This document shows positions 1 through 6,897 of a DNA stretch of 41,608 bases, one piece after another. The notes beneath the pieces were generated by a model, which saw nothing but the letters and a program-made list of their open reading frames with translations, ran no database searches and was not told where the DNA came from. The stretch is from NCBI GenBank assembly GCA_049274945.1, contig JBASTP010000012.1, positions 1 to 41,608 on the forward strand, read 5' to 3'. Each line of letters starts with the position of its first letter. Position 1 is the stretch's first letter. The position numbers were made by a program, and so were the translations under genes. The stretch comes from Patescibacteria group bacterium (GTDB lineage: Bacteria > Patescibacteriota > UBA1384 > GWA2-35-9 > JBASTP01).

Positions 1-269
1 AAGTTGGGCTCAGGTGATCCGGCGCGCAGGAATCCCCACACACCAACCACCAAGGCCAGGATTCCGACCGCGCGAACGAGCTGTTTCTGAATGCCGGCAC
101 CGGTCCAGTAGCTGGCGCCCAGCGCGACAATACCGAGAATCGTGTGAAGCACGTTCTCGTAGACGTCGAACTTGAGCGTGTCACCCAAGAGGTTTGGGAA
201 GATGAACCCGACGATACCCAGAAGAAGAAGGATAATACCGCCAATGGTAAGGAATTGTTTTGAGTTCAT
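1..269 (-). CDS. DUF4383-like small membrane protein, 3' part (C-terminus runs off the window start)
   Basis: Reverse-strand translation from ATG (complement of 267-269) gives MNSKQFLTIGGIILLLLGIVGFIFPNLLGDTLKFDVYENVLHTILGIVALGASYWTGAG..., which is hydrophobic and DUF4383-like. GGAGG RBS sits upstream on the minus strand. Absent from the ORF track because it is partial. Confidence 0.5.
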   Translation of the reverse strand, partial: MNSKQFLTIGGIILLLLGIVGFIFPNLLGDTLKFDVYENVLHTILGIVALGASYWTGAGIQKQLVRAVGILALVVGVWGFLRAGSPEPN

Positions 270-406
270 ATGGCTCCTCGGAAAACGATTAGTGTTAACG
301 CTCGACCATTAATCGATCGTAGTCCCGCGAGCGATCACTGTCAACCCCTTCGACAGGCTCAGGGTTGATACTGAGCAAAGTCGAAGTATCAAGGCTCTCG
401 TTTTTT

Positions 407-415
407 TGCTATACT
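407..415 (+). promoter_or_regulatory. extended -10 promoter (TGcTATACT) for the 446..895 gene
   Basis: tTGcTATACT at 407-415, then AAGGAGG RBS at 431-437, then GTG at 446. Confidence 0.35.
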
Positions 416-445
416 GAAGCCATGCCACCAAGGAGGGGAAAAGCA

Positions 446-895
446 CGTGTCAGGCACTCGCGTTCGATTATTTGGGCGGTCATTATTGTGATTGCGGTTA
501 TCGTAGGCTTGGCACTCTTGTATGGCCCAAATCTGAGTGAAGGGATTGTAACCTGCGAAGGTAACGAGTGTCTCCAGGCTGGTCATTTCCACGCTAGGGT
601 TGCGATGACGATCTGTGGCGTGCCGTACCAGTTTCCGCTCGAGGGCGGGTTACTTTCGGGCCAGCACACCCACAAGGGGCAGAGGAGAATCCATTGGCAC
701 TCAACTGCTCCGGTTGGCGATAACAGTCAGGCTTTCACGATCGAACGCATGCTGAGTGATTTTTCGATTGTGTTGCCAAAGGAGTGCAACGGCGAGCCGA
801 TCGCTATCAAAGTGGTGGTGAACGGCCAATCGAAGCCAGAAGGGTTGCAGTATTCTTGGAACGACGGTGATAGCATAGTAATTAGTATTGAATAA
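446..895 (+). CDS. hypothetical membrane-anchored protein
   Basis: ORF-track frame 365..895. Strong AAGGAGG 8 nt upstream of in-frame GTG at 446, giving N-terminus (M)RHSRSIIWAVIIVIAVIVGLALL (signal anchor). The 365 start lacks an RBS. Confidence 0.5.
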   Translation, partial: RVRHSRSIIWAVIIVIAVIVGLALLYGPNLSEGIVTCEGNECLQAGHFHARVAMTICGVPYQFPLEGGLLSGQHTHKGQRRIHWHSTAPVGDNSQAFTIERMLSDFSIVLPKECNGEPIAIKVVVNGQSKPEGLQYSWNDGDSIVISIE

Positions 896-897
896 CT

Positions 898-996
898 ATG
901 GCCAAGAAGAAAAAGAAAATTAAGGTTAAGCGAAAGGTGACTAAGCGCCTCCACCGACGCGTCCACACGGGCGGCGAAGTGTGCGAGTTCTGCTGA
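898..996 (+). CDS. small Lys-rich basic peptide (32 aa) with C-terminal CxxC, unannotated
   Basis: ATG 898 to TGA 994-996: MAKKKKKIKVKRKVTKRLHRRVHTGGEVCEFC. No clear SD. Followed by a stable hairpin at 1003-1028. Confidence 0.25.
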   Translation: MAKKKKKIKVKRKVTKRLHRRVHTGGEVCEFC

Positions 997-1033
997 ACGC
1001 AGTGAAGTCCCGACTTCACGTCGGGATTGAGCT

Positions 1034-1723
1034 ATGACCGAAATAAATCTACCTTTAGTGGTCCTTGCCGCCATCGTTGATGGTATTAACCCCTGCGCCA
1101 TTGGCGTGCTGATTTTTATGCTGGCGTGGCTCCTGAAGCGCCGCCACCGCCACCACACCATTTTAGCGCATGGCCTTATTTATATTCTGGCGGTGTTCGC
1201 CACCTACCTGGCTGCCGGGTTGATTCTCCTGCCGATTCTCGAAAAGGTGCGCGGCGTTTCGGTAAACGTTTACTACGTTCTGGCGGGGGCGGTGTTTGTG
1301 GCGGGCCTCCTTGAGCTCAAAGATTTCTTTTTTTACGGCAAGGGGCCAACCCTCTCAATTCTCCCCGGGCCCGCCAAGAGAATTGAATACTACATCAAGC
1401 ACCTCTCGGATCGGCTTTCGACCACTTTTATGATTGGTGTGTTTGTTTCGCTCGTTGAGCTGCCGTGCACCGGCGCCATTTATGTGGCGGTGCTGGCGCT
1501 CATGGGCGTGGCTGGCGTTACCACCACCAATTTGCTACTGCTCCTTGTCTACAATTTGATTTTTGTCCTGCCGCTCCTTGCAATTCTGCTGCTTTTTTAC
1601 CAGGGCATTAGCCACCATACGTTCCAGAACTGGCACCAGCGCAACCGTAAGTACATGCGTCTGGCGGTTGGGTTTATGCTGATTATCATGGCCGCCTTGA
1701 TGGTGCTCCTCGTGAGTGGCTAG
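1034..1723 (+). CDS. CcdA/DsbD_2-like thiol:disulfide transmembrane protein (cytochrome c biogenesis transmembrane-region family)
   Basis: 229-aa polytopic membrane protein with two intramembrane Cys motifs (INPCAIG and ELPCTGA), as in CcdA/DsbD transmembrane domains. Confidence 0.45.
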   Translation: MTEINLPLVVLAAIVDGINPCAIGVLIFMLAWLLKRRHRHHTILAHGLIYILAVFATYLAAGLILLPILEKVRGVSVNVYYVLAGAVFVAGLLELKDFFFYGKGPTLSILPGPAKRIEYYIKHLSDRLSTTFMIGVFVSLVELPCTGAIYVAVLALMGVAGVTTTNLLLLLVYNLIFVLPLLAILLLFYQGISHHTFQNWHQRNRKYMRLAVGFMLIIMAALMVLLVSG

Positions 1724-1754
1724 GAGCGTTCTAAACTGGTAGAATCGTTCTCAG

Positions 1755-1827
1755 GCGCCTATAGCTCAAGGGATAGAGCGAAGGGTTTCTAACCCTTAGG
1801 TTGCAGGTTCGAATCCTGCTAGGCGCA
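1755..1827 (+). tRNA. tRNA-Arg (anticodon TCT)
   Basis: Cloverleaf: acceptor gcgccta/taggcgc, D arm gctcaagggatagagc, anticodon stem aaggg/ccctt with loop tttctaa, T arm gcagg-ttcgaat-cctgc. Confidence 0.8.
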
Positions 1828-1837
1828 CAAGCAACAA

Positions 1838-1990
1838 CGCAGGATTCGAACGCGAAAGGGGGTCGGGGAAAACAGAAATCTGTGTTTTCCCCGTGGGCGG
1901 AAGCCCACGAAACCGAGGGGTTTCGTGAAGCAAATCTGCCGTAGCGAAGGCCTCCAGTAGCTTAGGCAGATTTGCTTGTGAGATTCCCTG
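1838..1990 (+). ncRNA. copy 1 of a tRNA-adjacent structured repeat (core about 147 nt, 1842-1988)
   Basis: Near-identical to 6740-6886 and the reverse complement of 41414-41560. Contains hairpins GGGGAAAACA..TGTTTTCCCC, GTGGGC-GGAA-GCCCAC, CACGAAACC..GGTTTCGTG and GCAAATCTGCC..GGCAGATTTGC. The 3' end (gattccctgccgggctcac) resembles the tRNA-Arg 3' end (gaatcctgctaggcgcac). Confidence 0.55.
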
Positions 1991-2032
1991 CCGGGCTCAC
2001 CATATACCCAGCGTCTCAAATAGTTAGTCGAT

Positions 2033-2062
2033 CATAAAAAACCCTGTCCAATTCAGGACAGG
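2033..2062 (-). terminator. rho-independent terminator of the SPFH gene
   Basis: On the minus strand CCCTGTCC-tgaattg-GACAGGG followed by TTTTTTAT. Confidence 0.6.
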
Positions 2063-2081
2063 GTGGTGGAGCGATTGGCAA

Positions 2082-3278
2082 TTAAGTCGGTGCGCCGATT
2101 TTTACCTCTCCGTTGAAGCTTACGTCGCTTTCGGAGCTCGTTTCCGAGACCTTCACGCTTAATTGTTTCGCTTCACTTAAAGAAAGTGCAGTAATGGTTT
2201 TGTCAATCCGATCGGCTGGGATGCCAACCTGATGCAGGCGCTCTACGAGCTCGGCTCTCGCCAGTAATTGAGCCTGTTCTTTCAGCCCGATCACTTTAGC
2301 ATCAGCTCGACCAAATTCGAGCCGCTCTCTCACTTTGGCGTTAAGTCTTGCATCCAACTTTGACGCCTCGGCTTTGCCCTCTAGCCAGGCTAAGTCGATT
2401 GAGGCCTCGGCTTCAGTTTTCTTTAACTTTAGTTTGTGAACCAGTCTCTTTGATTGAGCAGAGGACTCGTAGTCAACAATCTTAACTTCTTCGATCGACT
2501 CCCGGATTCTTGCCGGTATGTTGACCTCAGTGATTTCAAGATAATCGACTCTGTAGCCAAACCCCGCCATTGCTTCGCTAAAATGCCATGATAATTGTCG
2601 GCCGAGCAGTTTATGTTGCAACTGCACCGTGTCGAACGATTGTTCGATCACGATGTTCCTCCAGGTGCTCGACAAACGGGTCTTTATATGTTCGGTCTCA
2701 TTCAGGCGACCGTAGGCTAATCTTTTCAGGTTTTCGGGATCGCGGTTGACTCGGTATGTCAAGGCAACCGATACCGTAACCGAGATACCATCAATCGTTG
2801 TTGCCTCCAACTTTTGAGATAACTGGCGGTATCGAAGGTCGACTGTCTTGTATCTATTAAGCCAGATCGTACTGAAAGGCATACGAAAAAAGTCTGCAAG
2901 GCTTGGTTCGATGACAACAGAAATGCATTTACCATTACTCTCGAATAAGAAGGCAGTATTCTGGACCCCCATTAGGCACGTGAGCCAACAGCCTAAAAAA
3001 TGTATGATATATATTAGCAAGGTTAGTAGCAAGGCCAGTGCTACAGCGTTGAAGACCAGTGCTTCCAACGCTGTCCAGGACCCTGGATTAATCAGAGCAA
3101 GGTCCTTTAGATATCCTTCTTGCGCGCACGCCAGGCAATTCCGTATGTCAAAAGATCGAGAATGCATCATTGTATGATGATAACCCCAATCCTCCAGGGA
3201 CTTGCGGACTGTCTGGCTATAAGCTGCATTGGTAAGTCCGACCAGTAGCACAACTACGACTACTTTCATTACCCTCAC
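2082..3278 (-). CDS. SPFH/band-7 (HflC/prohibitin-like) domain membrane protein
   Basis: 398 aa with an N-terminal hydrophobic segment, then an SPFH-like core and a C-terminal coiled-coil/Ala-Lys-Glu-rich region. AGGTGAGG RBS upstream of the 3278 start. Confidence 0.5.
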   Translation of the reverse strand: MRVMKVVVVVLLVGLTNAAYSQTVRKSLEDWGYHHTMMHSRSFDIRNCLACAQEGYLKDLALINPGSWTALEALVFNAVALALLLTLLIYIIHFLGCWLTCLMGVQNTAFLFESNGKCISVVIEPSLADFFRMPFSTIWLNRYKTVDLRYRQLSQKLEATTIDGISVTVSVALTYRVNRDPENLKRLAYGRLNETEHIKTRLSSTWRNIVIEQSFDTVQLQHKLLGRQLSWHFSEAMAGFGYRVDYLEITEVNIPARIRESIEEVKIVDYESSAQSKRLVHKLKLKKTEAEASIDLAWLEGKAEASKLDARLNAKVRERLEFGRADAKVIGLKEQAQLLARAELVERLHQVGIPADRIDKTITALSLSEAKQLSVKVSETSSESDVSFNGEVKIGAPT

Positions 3279-3530
3279 CTCGTGTTTTACCTGTTGTTCA
3301 GGTACAAAATATGGCCCCTTGAGGCCACTTGATTGCGTTCAACTACGATTTCTAAATACAATCAACTAACCTCAAGTATGCTGTTTGGGCTGTAACGGCT
3401 AATAAACGGGTTCTTGACTGCTGATGCCATGTTTGATTTAGTATACCTGTATTTAAAATATTGTCAAGGTGTGGCAATATTAGTAGACGGCGACTGTGGT
3501 GAAATGGTATCACGGCAGGATGTGGTAAGA

Positions 3531-3559
3531 ATTTTTCGATTGACATTTTTTGAATCCAA
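3531..3559 (+). promoter_or_regulatory. sigma70-like promoter TTGACA-17-GATAAT upstream of the HNH gene
   Basis: cgaTTGACAttttttgaatccaaggtGATAATtac. The ATG at 3577 follows with a very short leader. Confidence 0.4.
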
Positions 3560-3576
3560 GGTGATAATTACTATAA

Positions 3577-4059
3577 ATGCCTTGGTTGAACTGCCGTATT
3601 TGTCAAAAGGAATTTTATACAAAGCCTAGGCTTATCAACAGGGGCTGGGGTAAGTATTGCTCGGTGGTCTGTAAGGCAAAGTCACAGTTTAATGGAAGCC
3701 ACTTTAATTGCGAGTATTGTGGTAAGTGGGTATATAGGCCTCCAGGAGAAATTCGAAAATCCCAAAGTCAAAGGTTTTTTTGCTCTCGAGCTTGCCATTG
3801 TGGTTGGCAGAATAAGCACTCACGAGCGAGGGAGAATTCACCTAACTGGAAAGGTGGTGGAAGTGTTTACCGTTCCGTTCTTGAAAAATCGGAAGCTCTT
3901 AAGCAGTGTAATTGTTGTGGTACCAGTGATATGCGAGTGCTTATTGTCCATCACAAGGATAGAAATAGGCAAAACAGCGCACTGGAAAACCTATTGTGGT
4001 TATGCCATAATTGCCACCATCTAGTCCACCATTATGGTGGCTGTAGCTCAGTCAGTTAG
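3577..4059 (+). CDS. HNH endonuclease (N-terminal zinc-ribbon plus NWKGG plus HNH motif)
   Basis: 160 aa. Contains CRIC..C, NWKGGGSVYRS, and HHKDRNRQNSALENLLWLCHNCHHLVHH, the canonical HNH signature. The 3' end overlaps the first 24 nt of tRNA-His. Confidence 0.75.
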   Translation: MPWLNCRICQKEFYTKPRLINRGWGKYCSVVCKAKSQFNGSHFNCEYCGKWVYRPPGEIRKSQSQRFFCSRACHCGWQNKHSRARENSPNWKGGGSVYRSVLEKSEALKQCNCCGTSDMRVLIVHHKDRNRQNSALENLLWLCHNCHHLVHHYGGCSSVS

Positions 4060-4113
4060 AGCGCCAGGTTGTGGCCCTGGAGGTCGAGGGTGCAAATCCC
4101 TCCAGTCACCCCA
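4036..4113 (+). tRNA. tRNA-His (anticodon GTG) with encoded G-1 and CCA
   Basis: G-1 at 4036 and acceptor gtggctg/cagtcac. Anticodon stem ccagg/cctgg with loop ttgtggc. T arm gaggg-tgcaaat-ccctc. Discriminator C then CCA. Confidence 0.8.
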
Positions 4114-4153
4114 ATACAAGTAGTTAGTAGCTACGGGTTGCATCAAGTAACTA

Positions 4154-4182
4154 TTGACTTTTATGCGTACGCAGAGTATATT
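4154..4182 (+). promoter_or_regulatory. sigma70-like promoter TTGACT-17-TATATT. sppA appears leaderless.
   Basis: ctaTTGACTtttatgcgtacgcagagTATATTtttctgttATG. The -10 ends 8 nt before ATG 4191. Confidence 0.5.
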
Positions 4183-4190
4183 TTTCTGTT

Positions 4191-5231
4191 ATGGCAAAAA
4201 AGTTTGGCTTCCAGCTGATCGATAGAACTCTGCCGTACGAGCAGCGCCGCCGGAAATTCGCGTGGCTCGTGATTGGCATCGTAACTATTATTGGTCTCGT
4301 TGTCTCATCACTATCGACGGTTTTGCGCCCGAGCAACCGTGCGGCAAGCATTGAAGGCCTTATCGCCGAAGCGCCGGAGCAGTTTATTGAAAAAACCGTG
4401 GAAGGCAGCGGCAACGACAAAATTGTGCTCCTGCGTGCCGAAGGGGTTTTGGTGGATGGCATCAGCGATTTTGACCCGGAAGTAATCAACATTGAACGGC
4501 TGGCGCGCGAAATCGACCAAGCCAAAAACGATTCAAACGTTAAGGCGGTGGTATTACTGGTGAACTCGCCCGGCGGATCAATTACCGCGTCTGACACGAT
4601 TTACAAAAAAATTATCGAACTCAAGGCTGCCGGCAAAAAGGTGGTGGTGCTGATGCGCGAAGTGGCGGCCTCCGGCGGCTACTACATTAGCTCCCCGGCC
4701 GATAAAATCATCGCCAACCAAGGCACGCTCACTGGCTCGATCGGCGTGATTTTACAGTCGGTCAACGTGCAGGGCTTGTTCGATAAAGTGGGCTTGCAGC
4801 CGGTTACCTTCAAGGCCGGCAAGTTCAAAGATTTACTGAGCCCCACCCGAGCCATTACCGACGACGAGCGGCAGCTTATTCAAGCATTGATCGACGAAGC
4901 CCACGGCCAGTTTATTACCGCGGTGGCCGACGGCCGCAAGATTGATCGTTCAAAAATAGTAGCGTTGGCCGATGGCAGAGTTTTTTCGGGCACCCAGGCC
5001 AAGCAAGCCGGTCTGATCGACGACATTGGCAATCTGCCGGAGGCAATCAAAGCCGCTTCCGATTTGGCGGGAATCTCGCAGGCACACGTGGTTGAATATT
5101 CAAGCTTGCTGGGCGGCCTGGAATCGTTCTTTCCATTCCTTGGTTTCTCGGGCGGCGCCAACGCCGTGCTCGGTAAGATTAGTCCAGAACTAACGCTCAC
5201 GCCGGGGCTCTATTACCTATGGCTACCGTAA
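4191..5231 (+). CDS. sppA: signal peptide peptidase SppA (S49 family, 36K type)
   Basis: 346 aa with an N-terminal TM segment and the S49 core (VLLVNSPGGSITASD, AASGGYYIS). Confidence 0.85.
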   Translation: MAKKFGFQLIDRTLPYEQRRRKFAWLVIGIVTIIGLVVSSLSTVLRPSNRAASIEGLIAEAPEQFIEKTVEGSGNDKIVLLRAEGVLVDGISDFDPEVINIERLAREIDQAKNDSNVKAVVLLVNSPGGSITASDTIYKKIIELKAAGKKVVVLMREVAASGGYYISSPADKIIANQGTLTGSIGVILQSVNVQGLFDKVGLQPVTFKAGKFKDLLSPTRAITDDERQLIQALIDEAHGQFITAVADGRKIDRSKIVALADGRVFSGTQAKQAGLIDDIGNLPEAIKAASDLAGISQAHVVEYSSLLGGLESFFPFLGFSGGANAVLGKISPELTLTPGLYYLWLP

Positions 5232-5656
5232 ATCACCCACAAAGCTACGGCTCATTCGGTTACCGGCTGCTCGCAATGGCAGTTGACGCCTCGATTTTGG
5301 GTGTCCTAGCGCAGGTGGTTGCCTTTGTGAGCGGTCTTTCGAAGTTCGAGCCGATTACCAGTTTATATCCTTCGTTCAATTCCGTTGAAGCAGTATTGAG
5401 TGTGGCGGTATTGTGGCTCTATTTTGTACTGACCACTAAATATTTTGGCGCGACGTTTGGCAAAATGGCCTTTGGCATGGAGGTGCGACGGGTTGATGGC
5501 AAACCGCTCGATTGGACTACGGTCATCCTGCGCGAGGTAATCGGCAAAACGATCTCAACGATTACGGCCCTACTCGGATTTCTCTGGATTGCTTGGGACA
5601 GCCGCAAGCAAGGCTTCCACGACAAGATTGCCGATACGGTGGTGGTAAAGCTATAA
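5219..5656 (+). CDS. RDD-family membrane protein
   Basis: 145 aa with N-terminal FGYRLLAMAVDASILGV and the R..D..D pattern (RVDGKPLDW). Overlaps sppA by 13 nt. Confidence 0.7.
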   Translation: MATVNHPQSYGSFGYRLLAMAVDASILGVLAQVVAFVSGLSKFEPITSLYPSFNSVEAVLSVAVLWLYFVLTTKYFGATFGKMAFGMEVRRVDGKPLDWTTVILREVIGKTISTITALLGFLWIAWDSRKQGFHDKIADTVVVKL

Positions 5657-5665
5657 TAAGGTCTC

Positions 5666-5732
5666 TGCGCCCGTAGCCCCGACGCAAGGTCGGGATCCCG
5701 ACACCGAAGGTCGTCGGGACTCAGTGGAGCAG
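5666..5732. repeat. CCCGAC/GTCGGG double-hairpin repeat (family member b)
   Basis: gcgcccgtagCCCCGACgcaagGTCGGGAtCCCGACaccgaaggtcGTCGGGActcag. Shares its 5' motif gtagccccgac and 3' motif gtcgggactcag with 30668-30745, and gtagccccgac with 31116-31174. Confidence 0.6.
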
Positions 5733-5740
5733 TTATAGAT

Positions 5741-5813
5741 GCGCCCGTAGCTCAGTGGATAGAGCGGCTGGCTTCGAACCAGCAGGTCGGGGGTCCAATT
5801 CCCTCCGGGCGCG
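5741..5813 (+). tRNA. tRNA-Arg (anticodon TCG)
   Basis: Acceptor gcgcccg/cgggcgc. D arm gctcagtggatagagc. Anticodon stem gctgg/ccagc with loop cttcgaa. Confidence 0.7.
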
Positions 5814-5850
5814 CATTGCGTTCTTGAACTCGTTATGAAAGGAGGTCCTC

Positions 5851-6552
5851 ATGCCCAATAAATTGCGGCACCTTGCGGTGATCATGGACGGCAATCGCAG
5901 GTGGGCGAAATTGCATGATTTACCTGCATACGAAGGGCACCGAAAAGGCAGCGATGTCGCATATGGGAATGCCAAAGCCTGCATTGCCAGGGATATTACC
6001 CACTTAACCATGTGGGTTTTCTCGGCCGAAAACTGGAAACGGACTACCGATGAAGTTGGTTTCCTGATGAGTTTGATTGAAGCAACCATCAAGCAGCACC
6101 TCGAGGAGCTCATTGCGCTCGGGGCGCGCTTGAAGCACATCGGCAACCCCGAGGGTTTACCACCCTCACTGGTCTCCACTATTCGAGATGCCGAGTTGAG
6201 CAGTCGGGCCAATACTAAACTCTTCCTTAATATGGCGATTAACTATAGTGGCGAGGATGAGTTGCAGCGGGCCATGGCGAGATTGGTAAAGCATGCCGCA
6301 GTCGGGATGGTCGATCCGATTCCTCCGATCCTTAAAGGGCGACTAAAAAACTATCTCGATACCGCCGGTCAACCAGATGTTGATTTGATTATCCGCACCG
6401 GCGGCCAGCGCCGCCTCTCCGGATTCATGCCGCTCCAAACCATCTGGAGCGAGCTCTACTTTACCAATACCCTGTGGCCGGATTTTACCGAGCCGGAGCT
6501 CGATACGGCCATCGTCTGGTTTAACCAACAAGAACGCAACTTCGGTACATAG
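5851..6552 (+). CDS. uppS: undecaprenyl diphosphate synthase (isoprenyl transferase)
   Basis: 233 aa with HLAVIMDGNRRWA and IRTGGQRRLSGF motifs. AAAGGAGG RBS. Confidence 0.9.
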   Translation: MPNKLRHLAVIMDGNRRWAKLHDLPAYEGHRKGSDVAYGNAKACIARDITHLTMWVFSAENWKRTTDEVGFLMSLIEATIKQHLEELIALGARLKHIGNPEGLPPSLVSTIRDAELSSRANTKLFLNMAINYSGEDELQRAMARLVKHAAVGMVDPIPPILKGRLKNYLDTAGQPDVDLIIRTGGQRRLSGFMPLQTIWSELYFTNTLWPDFTEPELDTAIVWFNQQERNFGT

Positions 6553-6553
6553 T

Positions 6554-6582
6554 CCCCTCCTGAGGCGGGGGCTATTTTCTTG
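6554..6582 (+). terminator. rho-independent terminator after uppS
   Basis: CCCCTCC-tga-GGCGGGG (one G-U pair) followed by gctattttcttg. Confidence 0.55.
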
Positions 6583-6619
6583 ATTAAGAGGGTTTTTCGC
6601 GATAAAATTCATGACGAAT

Positions 6620-6691
6620 GGGCCTGTAGCTCAGGGGTAGAGCAGTTGCCTCTTAAGCAATTTGTCGCGGGTTCGAATCCCGCCAGGCCCT
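6620..6691 (+). tRNA. tRNA-Lys (anticodon CTT)
   Basis: Acceptor gggcctg/caggccc. D arm gctcaggggtagagc. Anticodon loop ctcttaa. T arm gcggg-ttcgaat-cccgc. Confidence 0.8.
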
Positions 6692-6692
6692 C

Positions 6693-6887
6693 GTACAAAA
6701 AGACTCGCCTTGCGCGAGTTCTTTTTGTACTGGTATATGGGATTCGAACGCGAAAGGGGGTCGGGGAAAACAGAAATCTGTGTTTTCCCCGTGCGCGGAA
6801 GCCCACGAAACCGAGGGGTTTCGTGAAGCAAATCTGCCGTAGCGAAGGCCTCCAGTAGCTTAGGCAGATTTGCTGGTGAGATTCCCG
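6693..6887 (+). ncRNA. copy 2 of the tRNA-adjacent structured repeat (leader hairpin 6693-6730 plus core 6740-6886)
   Basis: Hairpin caaaaagactcgcc-ttgc-gcgagttctttttg followed by the core. The element ends gagattcccgccaggccctc, a direct repeat of the tRNA-Lys 3' end gaatcccgccaggccctc at 6675-6692. Confidence 0.55.
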
Positions 6888-6897
6888 CCAGGCCCTC

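Noticed and set aside
1819-2019. ORFs through the structured repeats (1819..2019 -, 6580..6858 +, 6609..6899 -, 6631..6924 -, 41363..41608 +) as protein-coding genes
   Set aside because: They lie entirely within the repeated element. Substitutions between copies preserve RNA helices, not amino acids. They lack RBSs, and several overlap tRNA-Lys.
3352-3629. ORFs 3352..3546 (-) and 3414..3629 (+) between the SPFH and HNH genes
   Set aside because: AT-rich intergenic/promoter region. No RBS or motifs. 3414..3629 overlaps the HNH start and its promoter.
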